From positions 87,207 through 151,206 of the forward strand of contig JAXLTB010000001.1 in NCBI GenBank assembly GCA_046330295.1: a stretch of 64,000 bases of DNA. The letters run 5' to 3'. Positions 9,456 through 17,552 of this stretch are shown here, one piece after another (within the stretch, counting starts at the first letter, position 1; every line of letters starts with the position of its first letter). Source of the DNA: Solirubrobacterales bacterium. Its GTDB lineage: Bacteria > Actinomycetota > Thermoleophilia > Solirubrobacterales > 70-9. Position numbers and translations under genes: made by a program. A model generated the notes under the pieces. The model saw only the letters and a list, made by a program, of their open reading frames with translations, searched no databases and was not told the DNA's origin.

Positions 9456-11553
9456 CCCGAGCGGCGAGCTCTCGGCCGCCTTCACGCCGACGGCGGTCGG
9501 ACGCCTGTGGCTCCCCCACCGGATCGTGATGGGAGCGATGCACCTCGGCATCGAGGCCGCCCCGGATGCCGGCGAGGCACTGGCGGCCTTCTACCGTGAG
9601 CGCGCGCTCGGCGGAGCCGGCCTGATAGTCACCGGCGGCTGGGCCGTCTCCCGGGTCGGTGCCGGGGGGCGCAGCTACGGCTTCGTCAACGAGGAAGCCG
9701 GGGCGCGGGCGCTCGAGCGCGTCGTGGCTGGGCTTCAGGGAACCGGTTCGGCGATCGCCCTGCAGCTCTTCCACGCCGGTCGCTACGCCTTCGAGGATGC
9801 CTTCGGGCTGGTTCCGGTGGCTCCCTCGGCGCTCGCGAGCCGGGTCTCGAGGACGATGCCCCGACCGCTCGAGGAGGATGAGATCTGGGAGACGATCGAG
9901 AGCTTCGCGCGAGCGGCTCGCCGCGCCGTCGAGCTCGGCTTCGACGCCGTCGAGGTGATGGGATCGGAGGGCTACCTGGTCGACCAGTTCCTCTCCCCGC
10001 TGACCAACAGGCGCGAAGATGCCTGGGGCGGCGATCACGAGCGCCGGATGCGCTTCGGCCTCGAGCTGGCGGCGGCGGTCCGCGATGCGGTCGGTGCCGA
10101 GTTCCCCCTCATCTTCCGGATGACCGGCGCCGATCTGATGCCGGGCTCCCGCTCGAGCGGCGAAGTGCTCGACTTCGCGCGGGCGCTCGCCGGCGCCGGC
10201 GTCGATGCGATCAACGTCGGGATCGGCTGGCACGAATCCGCGGTGCCGACGGTCCAGGGCCCGGTGCCGCCCGGCGTATGGTCGCCGTGGGCGGTGGCGC
10301 TGAAGCGGGCTGTCGGCACGGAGGTCGAGGTGATCGCGGGAAACCGCGTCAATCGCGTCACCGACGGCGCCACGCTGCTCGCCACGGGGGAGATCGACCT
10401 CGTCTCGATGTCGCGTCCCTTCCTCGCCGACCCCGAGCTGCTAGCCAGGGCGCGGGCCGAGCGCCCGGTCAACGTCTGCATCTCCTGCAACCAGGCCTGC
10501 ATCGACCGCTCTCTGACCGACGGACAGGTCTCCTGCCTGGTCAATCCGCGGTCGGGGTTCGAGCGGTCCTTCCCCCTGCCCGCGGAGACGAGTGCCGGCG
10601 GGCCCTCGGGGCGCTTCGCGGTCATCGGCGCTGGCCCCGCCGGGCTCGAGGCGGCGCGGACGCTGGCGCGCCTCGGCCAGCGGGTGGAGCTGTTCGAGGC
10701 CGAGGAGGAGCTGGGCGGGCAGTTCCGCTTCGCCCGCTTGGTTCCGGGCAAGGAGGACTTCGGGGCGACGATCTCCTACTTCGACCGGGAGCTGCGGCGG
10801 CTGGGCGTGCTCATCCACCTTGGCCGAGCCGTCCGCGAAACCGACGCGGATCTGCTCGGCGGCTTCGACGGCGTCGTCCTCGCAACCGGGGTCCTACCGC
10901 GTCGGATCGACCTGCCCGGCGCCGAGCTACCGCTGGTGAGCGACTATCCGAGCGCCTTCGACGGCGCGGTCAGCGCGGCGCGACGTGTCGCGATCATCGG
11001 CGCCGGGGGGATCGGGGTCGACCTCGCCCATTGGCTCACCCACAGGGAGACCGGGGAGCCCGCCGCGGAGCGCTTCCTCCGGGAGCAGGGCTGGTGCCGC
11101 CGGGGGCGGGGGCTGGTCGGGGATCCCGGCACCGACCTCGCCGCCGCCACCGCGCCACCGGCGGTGACGATGATGCGACGGGGCGGTCGGGCCGGAGCCG
11201 GCATCGGCCGCTCGACTCGCTGGGTTTGGCTGGCCGCCCTGCGCCGCGCCGAGGTCGCGATCCGCATCGGCCTCTCCTACCGGGCGATCACCCCTGATGG
11301 GGTGGAAATCGTGGTCGACGGAGCCGAGCCCGAGCTGGTCCCCGCAGATGCGGTCGTGGTCGCGGCCGGCCAGGAGCGCAACGACGCGCTGCGGCCAGTG
11401 CTGGAACGCGTCGGCGTGCCGCACCGGGTCGTAGGCGGCGCCGAGAGCCCGACCGAGCTGAATGCCGTGCGCGCCTTCGGGGACGGCCTGCGCGCCGCCT
11501 ACGAGCTGGCGGGCGGTCGGGCGGGCGCCGGTTGGGCTTCCGCCGCCCGCTGA
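9448..11553 (+). CDS. 2,4-dienoyl-CoA reductase-like FMN / Fe-S / FAD-NAD(P) oxidoreductase (AnsM/PlmM-like position)
   Basis: ATG 9448 overlaps the SDR stop by 8 nt. OYE-type TIM-barrel motifs (LQLFHAGRY, GFDAVEVMGSEGYL), Cys cluster CISCNQACIDR...SCLVNP, then dinucleotide folds AVIGAGPAGLEAA and VAIIGAGGIGVD. Confidence 0.9.
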   Translation: MADPSGELSAAFTPTAVGRLWLPHRIVMGAMHLGIEAAPDAGEALAAFYRERALGGAGLIVTGGWAVSRVGAGGRSYGFVNEEAGARALERVVAGLQGTGSAIALQLFHAGRYAFEDAFGLVPVAPSALASRVSRTMPRPLEEDEIWETIESFARAARRAVELGFDAVEVMGSEGYLVDQFLSPLTNRREDAWGGDHERRMRFGLELAAAVRDAVGAEFPLIFRMTGADLMPGSRSSGEVLDFARALAGAGVDAINVGIGWHESAVPTVQGPVPPGVWSPWAVALKRAVGTEVEVIAGNRVNRVTDGATLLATGEIDLVSMSRPFLADPELLARARAERPVNVCISCNQACIDRSLTDGQVSCLVNPRSGFERSFPLPAETSAGGPSGRFAVIGAGPAGLEAARTLARLGQRVELFEAEEELGGQFRFARLVPGKEDFGATISYFDRELRRLGVLIHLGRAVRETDADLLGGFDGVVLATGVLPRRIDLPGAELPLVSDYPSAFDGAVSAARRVAIIGAGGIGVDLAHWLTHRETGEPAAERFLREQGWCRRGRGLVGDPGTDLAAATAPPAVTMMRRGGRAGAGIGRSTRWVWLAALRRAEVAIRIGLSYRAITPDGVEIVVDGAEPELVPADAVVVAAGQERNDALRPVLERVGVPHRVVGGAESPTELNAVRAFGDGLRAAYELAGGRAGAGWASAAR

Positions 11554-11573
11554 GCGGCTAGTAGGTTGAGGCC

Positions 11574-12317
11574 GTGCAGAGAGGCACCGATTCCCGCCGG
11601 GTGGCGGTCATCTCCGGGGCGTCGAGCGGCATCGGCGAAGCGACGGCCCGCTCCCTGGCGGCGGCGGGGATGGACCTGGCGCTGCTCGCGCGGCGCCGGG
11701 ACAAGATCGAGCGACTGAGCCGGGAATTGAGCTCGGACAACGGCCGGGCGCTCGCGATCGAGACCGACATCACCGACTCGGCGTCGGTCGAGGCGGCGGC
11801 AGCGCGGGTCGCGGAGGATCTCGGCGGCGCCGACGTGCTGGTCAACAATGCCGGCCAGATGCTCCTCGCTCCGTTCGGCGCCGAGCGGGCCGAGGAGACA
11901 CGCCGCATGGTCGAGACGAACCTGCTCGGCGCGATGACGCTCACCTCCGCCTTCCTCGGGCAGCTGCGTCGCAACGGCGGTGACCTCGTCAATCTCTCCT
12001 CCCTCGCCGGTCGCACCGCCAGCCCTCGCATGTCGGTGTACAACGCGACGAAGTGGGGGATGAACGGGTGGTCCGAAGCGCTGCGCCAAGAGCTGGCGCC
12101 AGACATCCGCGTCATTCTCGTCGAGCCCGGCGCCGTCGACACCGAGCTCACCTCGCACATCACCGACGAGAGGTCCAAATCGTCGATAGAGCGCTGGTAC
12201 GCGAAGGCCGGGGCAATCGCCCCCTCGGAGGTCGCCGCCGTGATCGCCTTCGCGGTCGGGCTGCCCCACCACGTCTCCCTCTCGGAGATCGTGGTCCGAT
12301 CAACCAACCAGGCGTGA
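11574..12317 (+). CDS. SDR family oxidoreductase
   Basis: 247 aa. VAVISGASSGIGEATA, NNAG, SSLAG...YNATKWG. Lies 20 nt downstream of the preceding gene. Confidence 0.9.
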   Translation: MQRGTDSRRVAVISGASSGIGEATARSLAAAGMDLALLARRRDKIERLSRELSSDNGRALAIETDITDSASVEAAAARVAEDLGGADVLVNNAGQMLLAPFGAERAEETRRMVETNLLGAMTLTSAFLGQLRRNGGDLVNLSSLAGRTASPRMSVYNATKWGMNGWSEALRQELAPDIRVILVEPGAVDTELTSHITDERSKSSIERWYAKAGAIAPSEVAAVIAFAVGLPHHVSLSEIVVRSTNQA

Positions 12318-12354
12318 CGCCCGTCGAAGCGACGCTCTTCCCGCGGGTCCCATG

Positions 12355-12384
12355 GAGAAGCCCCGCGCCGGAGCGGGGCTTCTC
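12355..12384 (+). terminator. Perfect 12-bp GC-rich hairpin downstream of the SDR gene (putative operon terminator)
   Basis: GAGAAGCCCCGC-gccgga-GCGGGGCTTCTC read directly from the sequence. There is no clear T-run, so the intrinsic-terminator call is tentative. Confidence 0.5.
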
Positions 12385-12450
12385 GAAAGCGGCCTTGCGG
12401 CACCCGGCCGATGGCCGGGTGCTTCTCACACGCCGAGCAGATGACGGTAC

Positions 12451-13945
12451 GTGCACGATCATCCAAGATCGCCTGTTCACCGCGCTGCAGTAGGGGGTCT
12501 CTTGGCGCGCCTGCCCGAAAGCCTTGACGTCCTCCGCAGGCGGGAGTTCCGGCTACTGTTCAGCGGGCAGGCAGTGTCCGTGCTGGGCGACCGCATGGCC
12601 CTCCTAGCGCTCGCTTTCGCGGTGCTGGAGATCGGCGGTTCGGTCTCAGACGTCGGGCTCGTGCTGGCCGCGGGGATGTTCCCCTTGGTGACGACCGTGC
12701 TGGCGGGCGGCGTGGTCGCCGACCGGGTCTCACGCCGTGCCGTGATGGTGGTTGCAGACCTGGTGCGGGTCGCGAGCCAGGGCACGATGGCAGCTCTGCT
12801 CATAGCGGGAGTGGCGGAGGTGTGGATGCTCGCGCTGCTGGCCGGCGTGGCTGGCGCGGCCACCGGCTTCTTCAGCCCCGCGTCGACCGGTCTGCTGCCC
12901 GCGGTCGTCCTCGCGGAGCAGCTGCAGCCGGCGAACGCGCTGCGTGCGAGCGCCGCCTCGACGGGCGAGATCCTCGGCCCGGTTGTGGGCGGGGCGCTGG
13001 TCGCCGCCGCCGGGGCAGGCTGGGCGATCGCGATCGACGCCGTGACGTTCGCGGTGAGCGCCGCCTGCCTGGCGATGCTGCGGGTTCCGACGTGTCGCGG
13101 CGCAACGGAGCTCCTTCGTCGCCGACCTGCGTGAGGGCTGGGTCGCCTTTCGGGCGCGCAGGTGGGCTTGGACCTTCGTCCTCTACTTCGCGATCGGGAA
13201 CCTGCTCTGGGGCGCGTGGGGCACGCTCGGGCCCATCGTCGCCAAACGCGACCTCGGCGGCGCGGCGGCGTGGGGCACCGTTCTTGCGGCGGTGGGCGTC
13301 GGAGCACTGGCCGGCAGTCTGCTCGCGGCACGCGTCAGACCGCGCAGGCCGCTGCTGTTCGCCGCCTCACCGACGGACTCTTCGCGTTGCCGTTGGCCTT
13401 CCTGGCGGCGGCCCCACCAGTGCCGCTGATCGCCTGCGGTGCGCTGCTGGCCGGCGCGGGGATGGCGCTCGCGATCTCCGTCTGGGAGTCGACGCTCCAG
13501 CGCCACGTCCCCGGCGAGTCGCTGTCCAGGGTCAGCTCCTTATGACTGGTTCGGCTCGCTCGCCTTCTACCCCTTGGGACTCGCAGTCTGGGGTCCGGTC
13601 GCGGCGGTCATCGGGATCAGCGTCTCGCTGTGGCTGGCTTTCGGGCTCGCCGTCGCCCTGACCCTCGCGCTGCTCAGTGTCCTCGACATCCGCCATCTAC
13701 CTGCTGCCGCGCTGCCGGCTCGGCACCGCCGGCGAGTCCAGCCGAAAGTCCGACGCCGCAGCGCCGCCGGTGTCAGCCTCAGTTCAACATCGTGGCCAAG
13801 GCCCGTCGGAGGACCAGGTGGGCAACCTTCACCCCTCGAGCATCCAACGCAGGTCAGCTTCTTGAGACGGGCGCGCTCGGCCGGGGGCTTTGCCGTCCGC
13901 AGCAGCTTCTTGGCTCAATCGAGGTGTTCCCCCGCAGCCAGGTAA
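12451..13945 (+). pseudogene. MFS transporter (EntS/MFS_3-like) disrupted by at least three frameshifts
   Basis: N-terminal half in frame 1 (REFRLLFSGQAVSVLGDRMALLALAF...). Continuation SFVADLREGWVAFRARRWAWTFVLYFAIGNLLWGAWGTLGPIV is in frame 2. LTDGLFALPLAFLAAAPPVPLIACGALLAGAGMALAISVWESTLQRHVP is back in frame 1. YDWFGSLAFYPLGLAVWGPVAAVIG is in frame 2. The 3' end is uncertain. Confidence 0.6.
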
Positions 13946-14140
13946 TTCTCAAGCGGGCCTTGGAAGCAGGCTTCGAAATCTTCCGCTGCGACCTGAGTCG
14001 CTTCGGCCGTGCATTCCTGCGCGTGGGTAACGACGTTGGCGCCGGCGCTAGCCGGCGGAGTTTCGGGAACTGCCGGCCAGAGGTTCCCGAAACCGTCGAG
14101 CGCGGTTCAAGTGAGCCTCTTTGGCCGGGAGCCCGCGGGG

Positions 14141-14563
14141 TCAGATGTCAGCGGGCAGGAGTTCGAACACCCCGCCCTGCAGTGGCGCCACGGCTCGGAA
14201 ATGGCGCTCGTCAAAGCTGAAGAGGCGCCGGGTTTCGTAGCGATCCGCAAGGACCGCGATCGAGCAATCGGCGAGACCGAGGCCGAGATCGGAGTAGCGG
14301 GCGTTGAGCTCGGCGACCACCGGGTACTCGCCCGCTTCCAGACAGGCGACGTCGTAACGCCACGCGGCGAGGTCGCTGAGGAAGGCACGTCGGGCCGCAT
14401 GGCCGAAGCGGACACCAAGCAGATAGTCGACCTCGGCCGCAACCGGTGCCGGGAGGACCAACGGTCCCTCCTCCTCTTCGCGGATCCTCAGCAGCGCCTC
14501 GAGCTGCGGCTCCTTGGCGTCCGCCAGCGCGACCAGCGGCGCCGCGTCGAGGATGAGCGTCAC
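14141..14563 (-). CDS. vapC: PIN-domain ribonuclease toxin VapC
   Basis: 140 aa. Starts MTLILDAAPLVAL (conserved Asp) and has later acidic residues (AELNARYSDLGLGLADCS, FSFDERHF). 4-nt overlap with the upstream antitoxin gene. Confidence 0.85.
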   Translation of the reverse strand: MTLILDAAPLVALADAKEPQLEALLRIREEEEGPLVLPAPVAAEVDYLLGVRFGHAARRAFLSDLAAWRYDVACLEAGEYPVVAELNARYSDLGLGLADCSIAVLADRYETRRLFSFDERHFRAVAPLQGGVFELLPADI

Positions 14564-14835
14564 TCGCCGAAGCCGCGCATCAGCTCGTCCTCGGGGATCT
14601 CCGAGATCGGCCGAGAATCGGCATCGATGCGCTCGAAGTTACCGGCGAGGGCGAAGTTCCGATCCCGCTTGGGCGCAGGCCGGTAGCAGGAGATCGCCTC
14701 GCGGACGATCTCCGCCTGGGGGCGGCCCTCCGCGCGGGCGAGACGAGCGAGGCGGTTCGCCAGCTCGTCATCGAGGTAGATACTGGTCTTGCGCACGAGA
14801 AAGCAGTATAGGGCACTACGTAGGGCATTGCTCAT
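14560..14835 (-). CDS. vapB: Ribbon-helix-helix (CopG-type) antitoxin VapB
   Basis: KTSIYLDDELANRLARLARAEGRPQAEIVREAI is a typical RHH. ATG 14835 is preceded by AGGA. The track start at 14853 and GTG 14796 are alternatives. Confidence 0.8.
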   Translation of the reverse strand: MSNALRSALYCFLVRKTSIYLDDELANRLARLARAEGRPQAEIVREAISCYRPAPKRDRNFALAGNFERIDADSRPISEIPEDELMRGFGE

Positions 14836-14865
14836 TGGTCCTGAGACAGGCACCGAGTGTCGGCA

Positions 14866-15245
14866 CTCGGGATGCTCACGCCAACCGAATACGAGGATCT
14901 ACACAACCTGCGTTGGCGCGACGTCAAACCTCGGCGGCCAGACACTGCGGGTCGCCTCCTCGAAGACCGACACCGGCATCCGCGACGTCGGCCTCTCCCC
15001 GACGCTGCGAGAGGCCCTCTCTGGGTACCGCACACGGACCCGCCGCGGCGGGGCTTACGACCTCGTCTTCCCGACCGCAGAGGGCAAGCGCGACAACCCG
15101 TCGAACGTCCGAAACCGGTTCCCAGCGAGCGCGGTCGAGCGGGCGAACGTCGCACTGCGCGAAGCCGGGGCCGAGCCGATCGTCGGCGTCACGCCCCACT
15201 CGCTGCGCCGCACTTCCATCAGCCTGCTGCTCGCGACCGGGGGCG
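14866..15245 (+). pseudogene. Tyrosine recombinase (phage-integrase family) remnant, truncated at both ends and frameshifted
   Basis: LHNLRWRDV is in frame 1. NLGGQTLRVASSKTDTGIRDVGLSPTLREAL...GVTPHSLRRTSISLLLATGG is in frame 2, with the shift at the AAA run near 14922. There is no N-terminal domain and no C-terminal Tyr box. Confidence 0.6.
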
Positions 15246-15350
15246 GCGGCACCGCCACCGTGCTGGTGGCTTCACCCGTGGCGGCGCCGGTCGGGCGATT
15301 TTCGTTGATGTTGCGCCGGCCGGCGGGCCAAGCTAGGGTCGCTGGGGCGC

Positions 15351-16055
15351 ATGAGCGTAATGCTTCTGCTCCTCAGGGTTATCCTCGGGGCGGTTTTTGC
15401 GATCGCCGGCGTCGCCAAGCTCCGGGACGGGGCCGGGACGCGGCGGACGGTCCAGGAGTTTGGGGTGCCCGAGAAGCTCGCTCCGATGGTCGGGTTCTGT
15501 CTACCGCTCGCCGAGCTCGCGGCCGCGACCACACTCGTTTTCAACCCGACCGCTGGTGTAGGGGCCATCGCATCCTTCTGCCTGCTCGCTCTCTTCGCCG
15601 CCGTGATTGCCGCAAGCATCTCCCGGGGACAGCGGCCCGACTGCAACTGCTTCGGCCAGCTTCACTCGGCGCCGGTCGGTTGGCGGACAGCCGCCCGCAA
15701 CCTCGTGCTCGCGGCCCTGGCGGTCCTCATCCTCGCGGGCAACGGGCACGCCCTCGTCGGGGCGACCGCCGCCGGCGCGCTCGCTCTGGCCGCCGTCGGG
15801 ATCCTGCTGCTGGATCGGCGGCAAGCGGAGGACGGACACGAAGGCGCTGGAGCTGTGGCAAGAGCCCGCTCGCGATCGGCTCGCGTGCACCGCCATTTGA
15901 GCTGCGATCGCGCGACGGTCTCAACGTCAGCCTCACATCGCTGGTTCGCCGCGGCCGCCCGGTCCTCTTGGTCTTCAGCGATCCCCATTGCGGGCCGTGC
16001 ATGGCGCTGGCGCCCGAGCTCGCCCGCTGGCAGCGACGCCATTCCGACGAGCTGA
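15351..16055 (+). CDS. MauE/DoxX-family redox-associated membrane protein (ORF as it stands; the last ~65 codons look like out-of-frame read-through)
   Basis: Five hydrophobic segments and the family CxCFG motif (RPDCNCFGQLH). After about 15830 the frame turns Arg/Ser-rich, while a thioredoxin domain appears in another frame. Confidence 0.65.
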   Translation: MSVMLLLLRVILGAVFAIAGVAKLRDGAGTRRTVQEFGVPEKLAPMVGFCLPLAELAAATTLVFNPTAGVGAIASFCLLALFAAVIAASISRGQRPDCNCFGQLHSAPVGWRTAARNLVLAALAVLILAGNGHALVGATAAGALALAAVGILLLDRRQAEDGHEGAGAVARARSRSARVHRHLSCDRATVSTSASHRWFAAAARSSWSSAIPIAGRAWRWRPSSPAGSDAIPTS

Positions 16056-16255
16056 CCATCGCAGTCGTCGAGCGCGCGTCCAATGAAATCGGCGAGGGGG
16101 CGGACGCCCACGGCCGCCGCGACTTGCTGGTACAGCGCGACAGCGACGTCGCCGATGTCTACGTGGCTCGTGGGACTCCGAGCGCGGTCCTCGTCGATAC
16201 TCACGGCAGGGTTGCGAGCGCTCCGGTTGGCGGCCGTGTCGGGATCGAAGCGCTC
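15866..16255 (+). other. Thioredoxin-fold (TlpA/ResA/MauD-like) domain with no start codon of its own, in frame 2
   Basis: PLAIGSRAPPFELRSRDGLNVSLTSLVRRGRPVLLVFSDPHCGPCMALAPELARW...GTPSAVLVDTHGRV. CGPC active site. No ATG/GTG/TTG in this frame for more than 100 nt upstream, so at least one frameshift is implied relative to the MauE frame. Confidence 0.6.
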
Positions 16256-17188
16256 GTGGCCGAGCACGTCGCCGGCTTCGAATCGTCTGAGCGCGCCTCG
16301 GAATCAACTCCGCCGACGCACTTGCGCCGGCGGGAGATCCTCACCCGCTTCGGCGTCGCCTCGGGGGCCCTGGCGGCCCTCGGATTCCCCGCCTGGGCAA
16401 CCGCCCAGGCGGGGCCGCTCAAGATCAGGCGCTGCCACCATGATCGGGATTGCCCCGGGTCGCTTCAGTGCATCGACGGAGATTGCAAGTGCCCGGCCCT
16501 CTACCTAGACCAGTGCGGCAACGACTGCGTCGACCTCAACGGCGACCCGGCGAACTGCCGCGAGTGCGACCACGCGTGCGGTGCGGGAGAGAGTTGCGTC
16601 GGAGGCAAGTGCACGGAGGGCGATGCCACCACCTGCAACCCACCGTGTCCCGTCGGGCAGGCGTGCTGTCTCGAGTCCGGCAGCCCGAAGTGCGTCGACC
16701 TCAGCGTGGGTGCCGGCGAGCACTGCGGTGAGTGTGGCCACGACTGCACGCCGACGGAGGTCTGCTGCGACGGTCGCTGCAAGAACCTGTTCCAGAATCC
16801 AAACCGCTGCACGAGTAAGGAGGAGGGCTGCTTCGGCGTCAACAAGAAGAAGTGCAAGAGAGGTCAGGTCTGCTTCAACGGGCGCTGCCGCGACACGTGT
16901 CCGGACCGCTACACGCGGTGCGGCGACTTCTGCCTCGATTCAACAAGGAAGGAGCAGTGCTGCGACGCCAGGGTCTACGGCCAGTGGGATCTGCACAACT
17001 GCGGCGCGTGCGGCCACGACTGCAAGAAGCTCTCGGGTTTCATCCGGGCCGCTTGCTGCCCTGGAGTCGGCTGCGTCGACCTCGCGGTCAATCCCGGCAA
17101 CTGCGGCGGCTGCGGGAACCCGTGTCCCTCAAACTGCCAGTGCGTTCCCGGCCCGGGTGGCAAGGGTGTCTGCACGAACTGTGTCTAG
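16256..17188 (+). CDS. Secreted cysteine-rich repeat protein with a twin-arginine-type signal peptide (46 Cys)
   Basis: HLRRREILTRFGVASGALAALGFPAWATAQA, then about 258 aa with 46 Cys by my count. Repeated C-V-D-L-x(3-5)-NCGxCGxxC modules. Candidate starts are GTG 16256 and TTG 16322. There is no stop separating it from the thioredoxin domain upstream. Confidence 0.7.
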   Translation: MAEHVAGFESSERASESTPPTHLRRREILTRFGVASGALAALGFPAWATAQAGPLKIRRCHHDRDCPGSLQCIDGDCKCPALYLDQCGNDCVDLNGDPANCRECDHACGAGESCVGGKCTEGDATTCNPPCPVGQACCLESGSPKCVDLSVGAGEHCGECGHDCTPTEVCCDGRCKNLFQNPNRCTSKEEGCFGVNKKKCKRGQVCFNGRCRDTCPDRYTRCGDFCLDSTRKEQCCDARVYGQWDLHNCGACGHDCKKLSGFIRAACCPGVGCVDLAVNPGNCGGCGNPCPSNCQCVPGPGGKGVCTNCV

Positions 17189-17198
17189 GCGATCGGGC

Positions 17199-17552
17199 TT
17201 GAGATCGGTGCGACCCGGGCCGTCTTTGGCGGCGTTGACCGGCAAGGCCCCGCAGCTGGCCGAGGTCGACGCCAGATTCGGGGAGCCAGGGCTCTTCGGC
17301 CGGAACCCTGACGGGCTGCTTCAGCGGGCCTACGCGAAACTCTGCCGCTACTCCCACAGTCGTCCGGGCCATACGAACGGAGACATCCGGCAGAGCAACG
17401 GCCCGGTTTTCGTGGGAGGCGGGTTCACCCGCTTCCGGGAAGACCTTTGCGACACGATCGCCCTCTGCTACGTGCGGTACAAGATCGGCTGGTCCGAGCT
17501 CGTCCTCCCCGCGGATGCGCATCCTCTTTTCGAGTTCGCGGACGAGCGCTGA
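17199..17552 (+). CDS. Hypothetical protein or gene fragment
   Basis: Coding-like tail ...LLQRAYAKLCRYSHSRPGHTNGDIRQSNGPVFVGGGFTRFREDLCDTIALCYVRYKIGWSELVLPADAHPLFEFADER. Starts at TTG 17199 or GTG 17208. No family recognised. Confidence 0.3.
   Translation: MRSVRPGPSLAALTGKAPQLAEVDARFGEPGLFGRNPDGLLQRAYAKLCRYSHSRPGHTNGDIRQSNGPVFVGGGFTRFREDLCDTIALCYVRYKIGWSELVLPADAHPLFEFADER

Noticed and set aside
13950-14140. Minus-strand stretch reading ...ECTAEATQVAAEDFEACFQGPLENYLAAGEHLD-stop, which looks like the C-terminus of a protein
   Set aside because: It is only about 60 codons, bounded upstream by an in-frame stop, with no ATG/GTG/TTG start. At best it is a gene fragment left at the island edge, which is too weak to annotate.
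14789-17188. A single 799-aa ORF in the track that could be read as one giant protein
   Set aside because: The first ~350 codons are a composite: antisense to vapB, an out-of-frame integrase remnant, and out-of-frame overlap of the MauE gene (Arg/Gly/Pro-rich). Only the part from about 15866 onward (thioredoxin domain plus Cys-rich domain) looks like real coding sequence.
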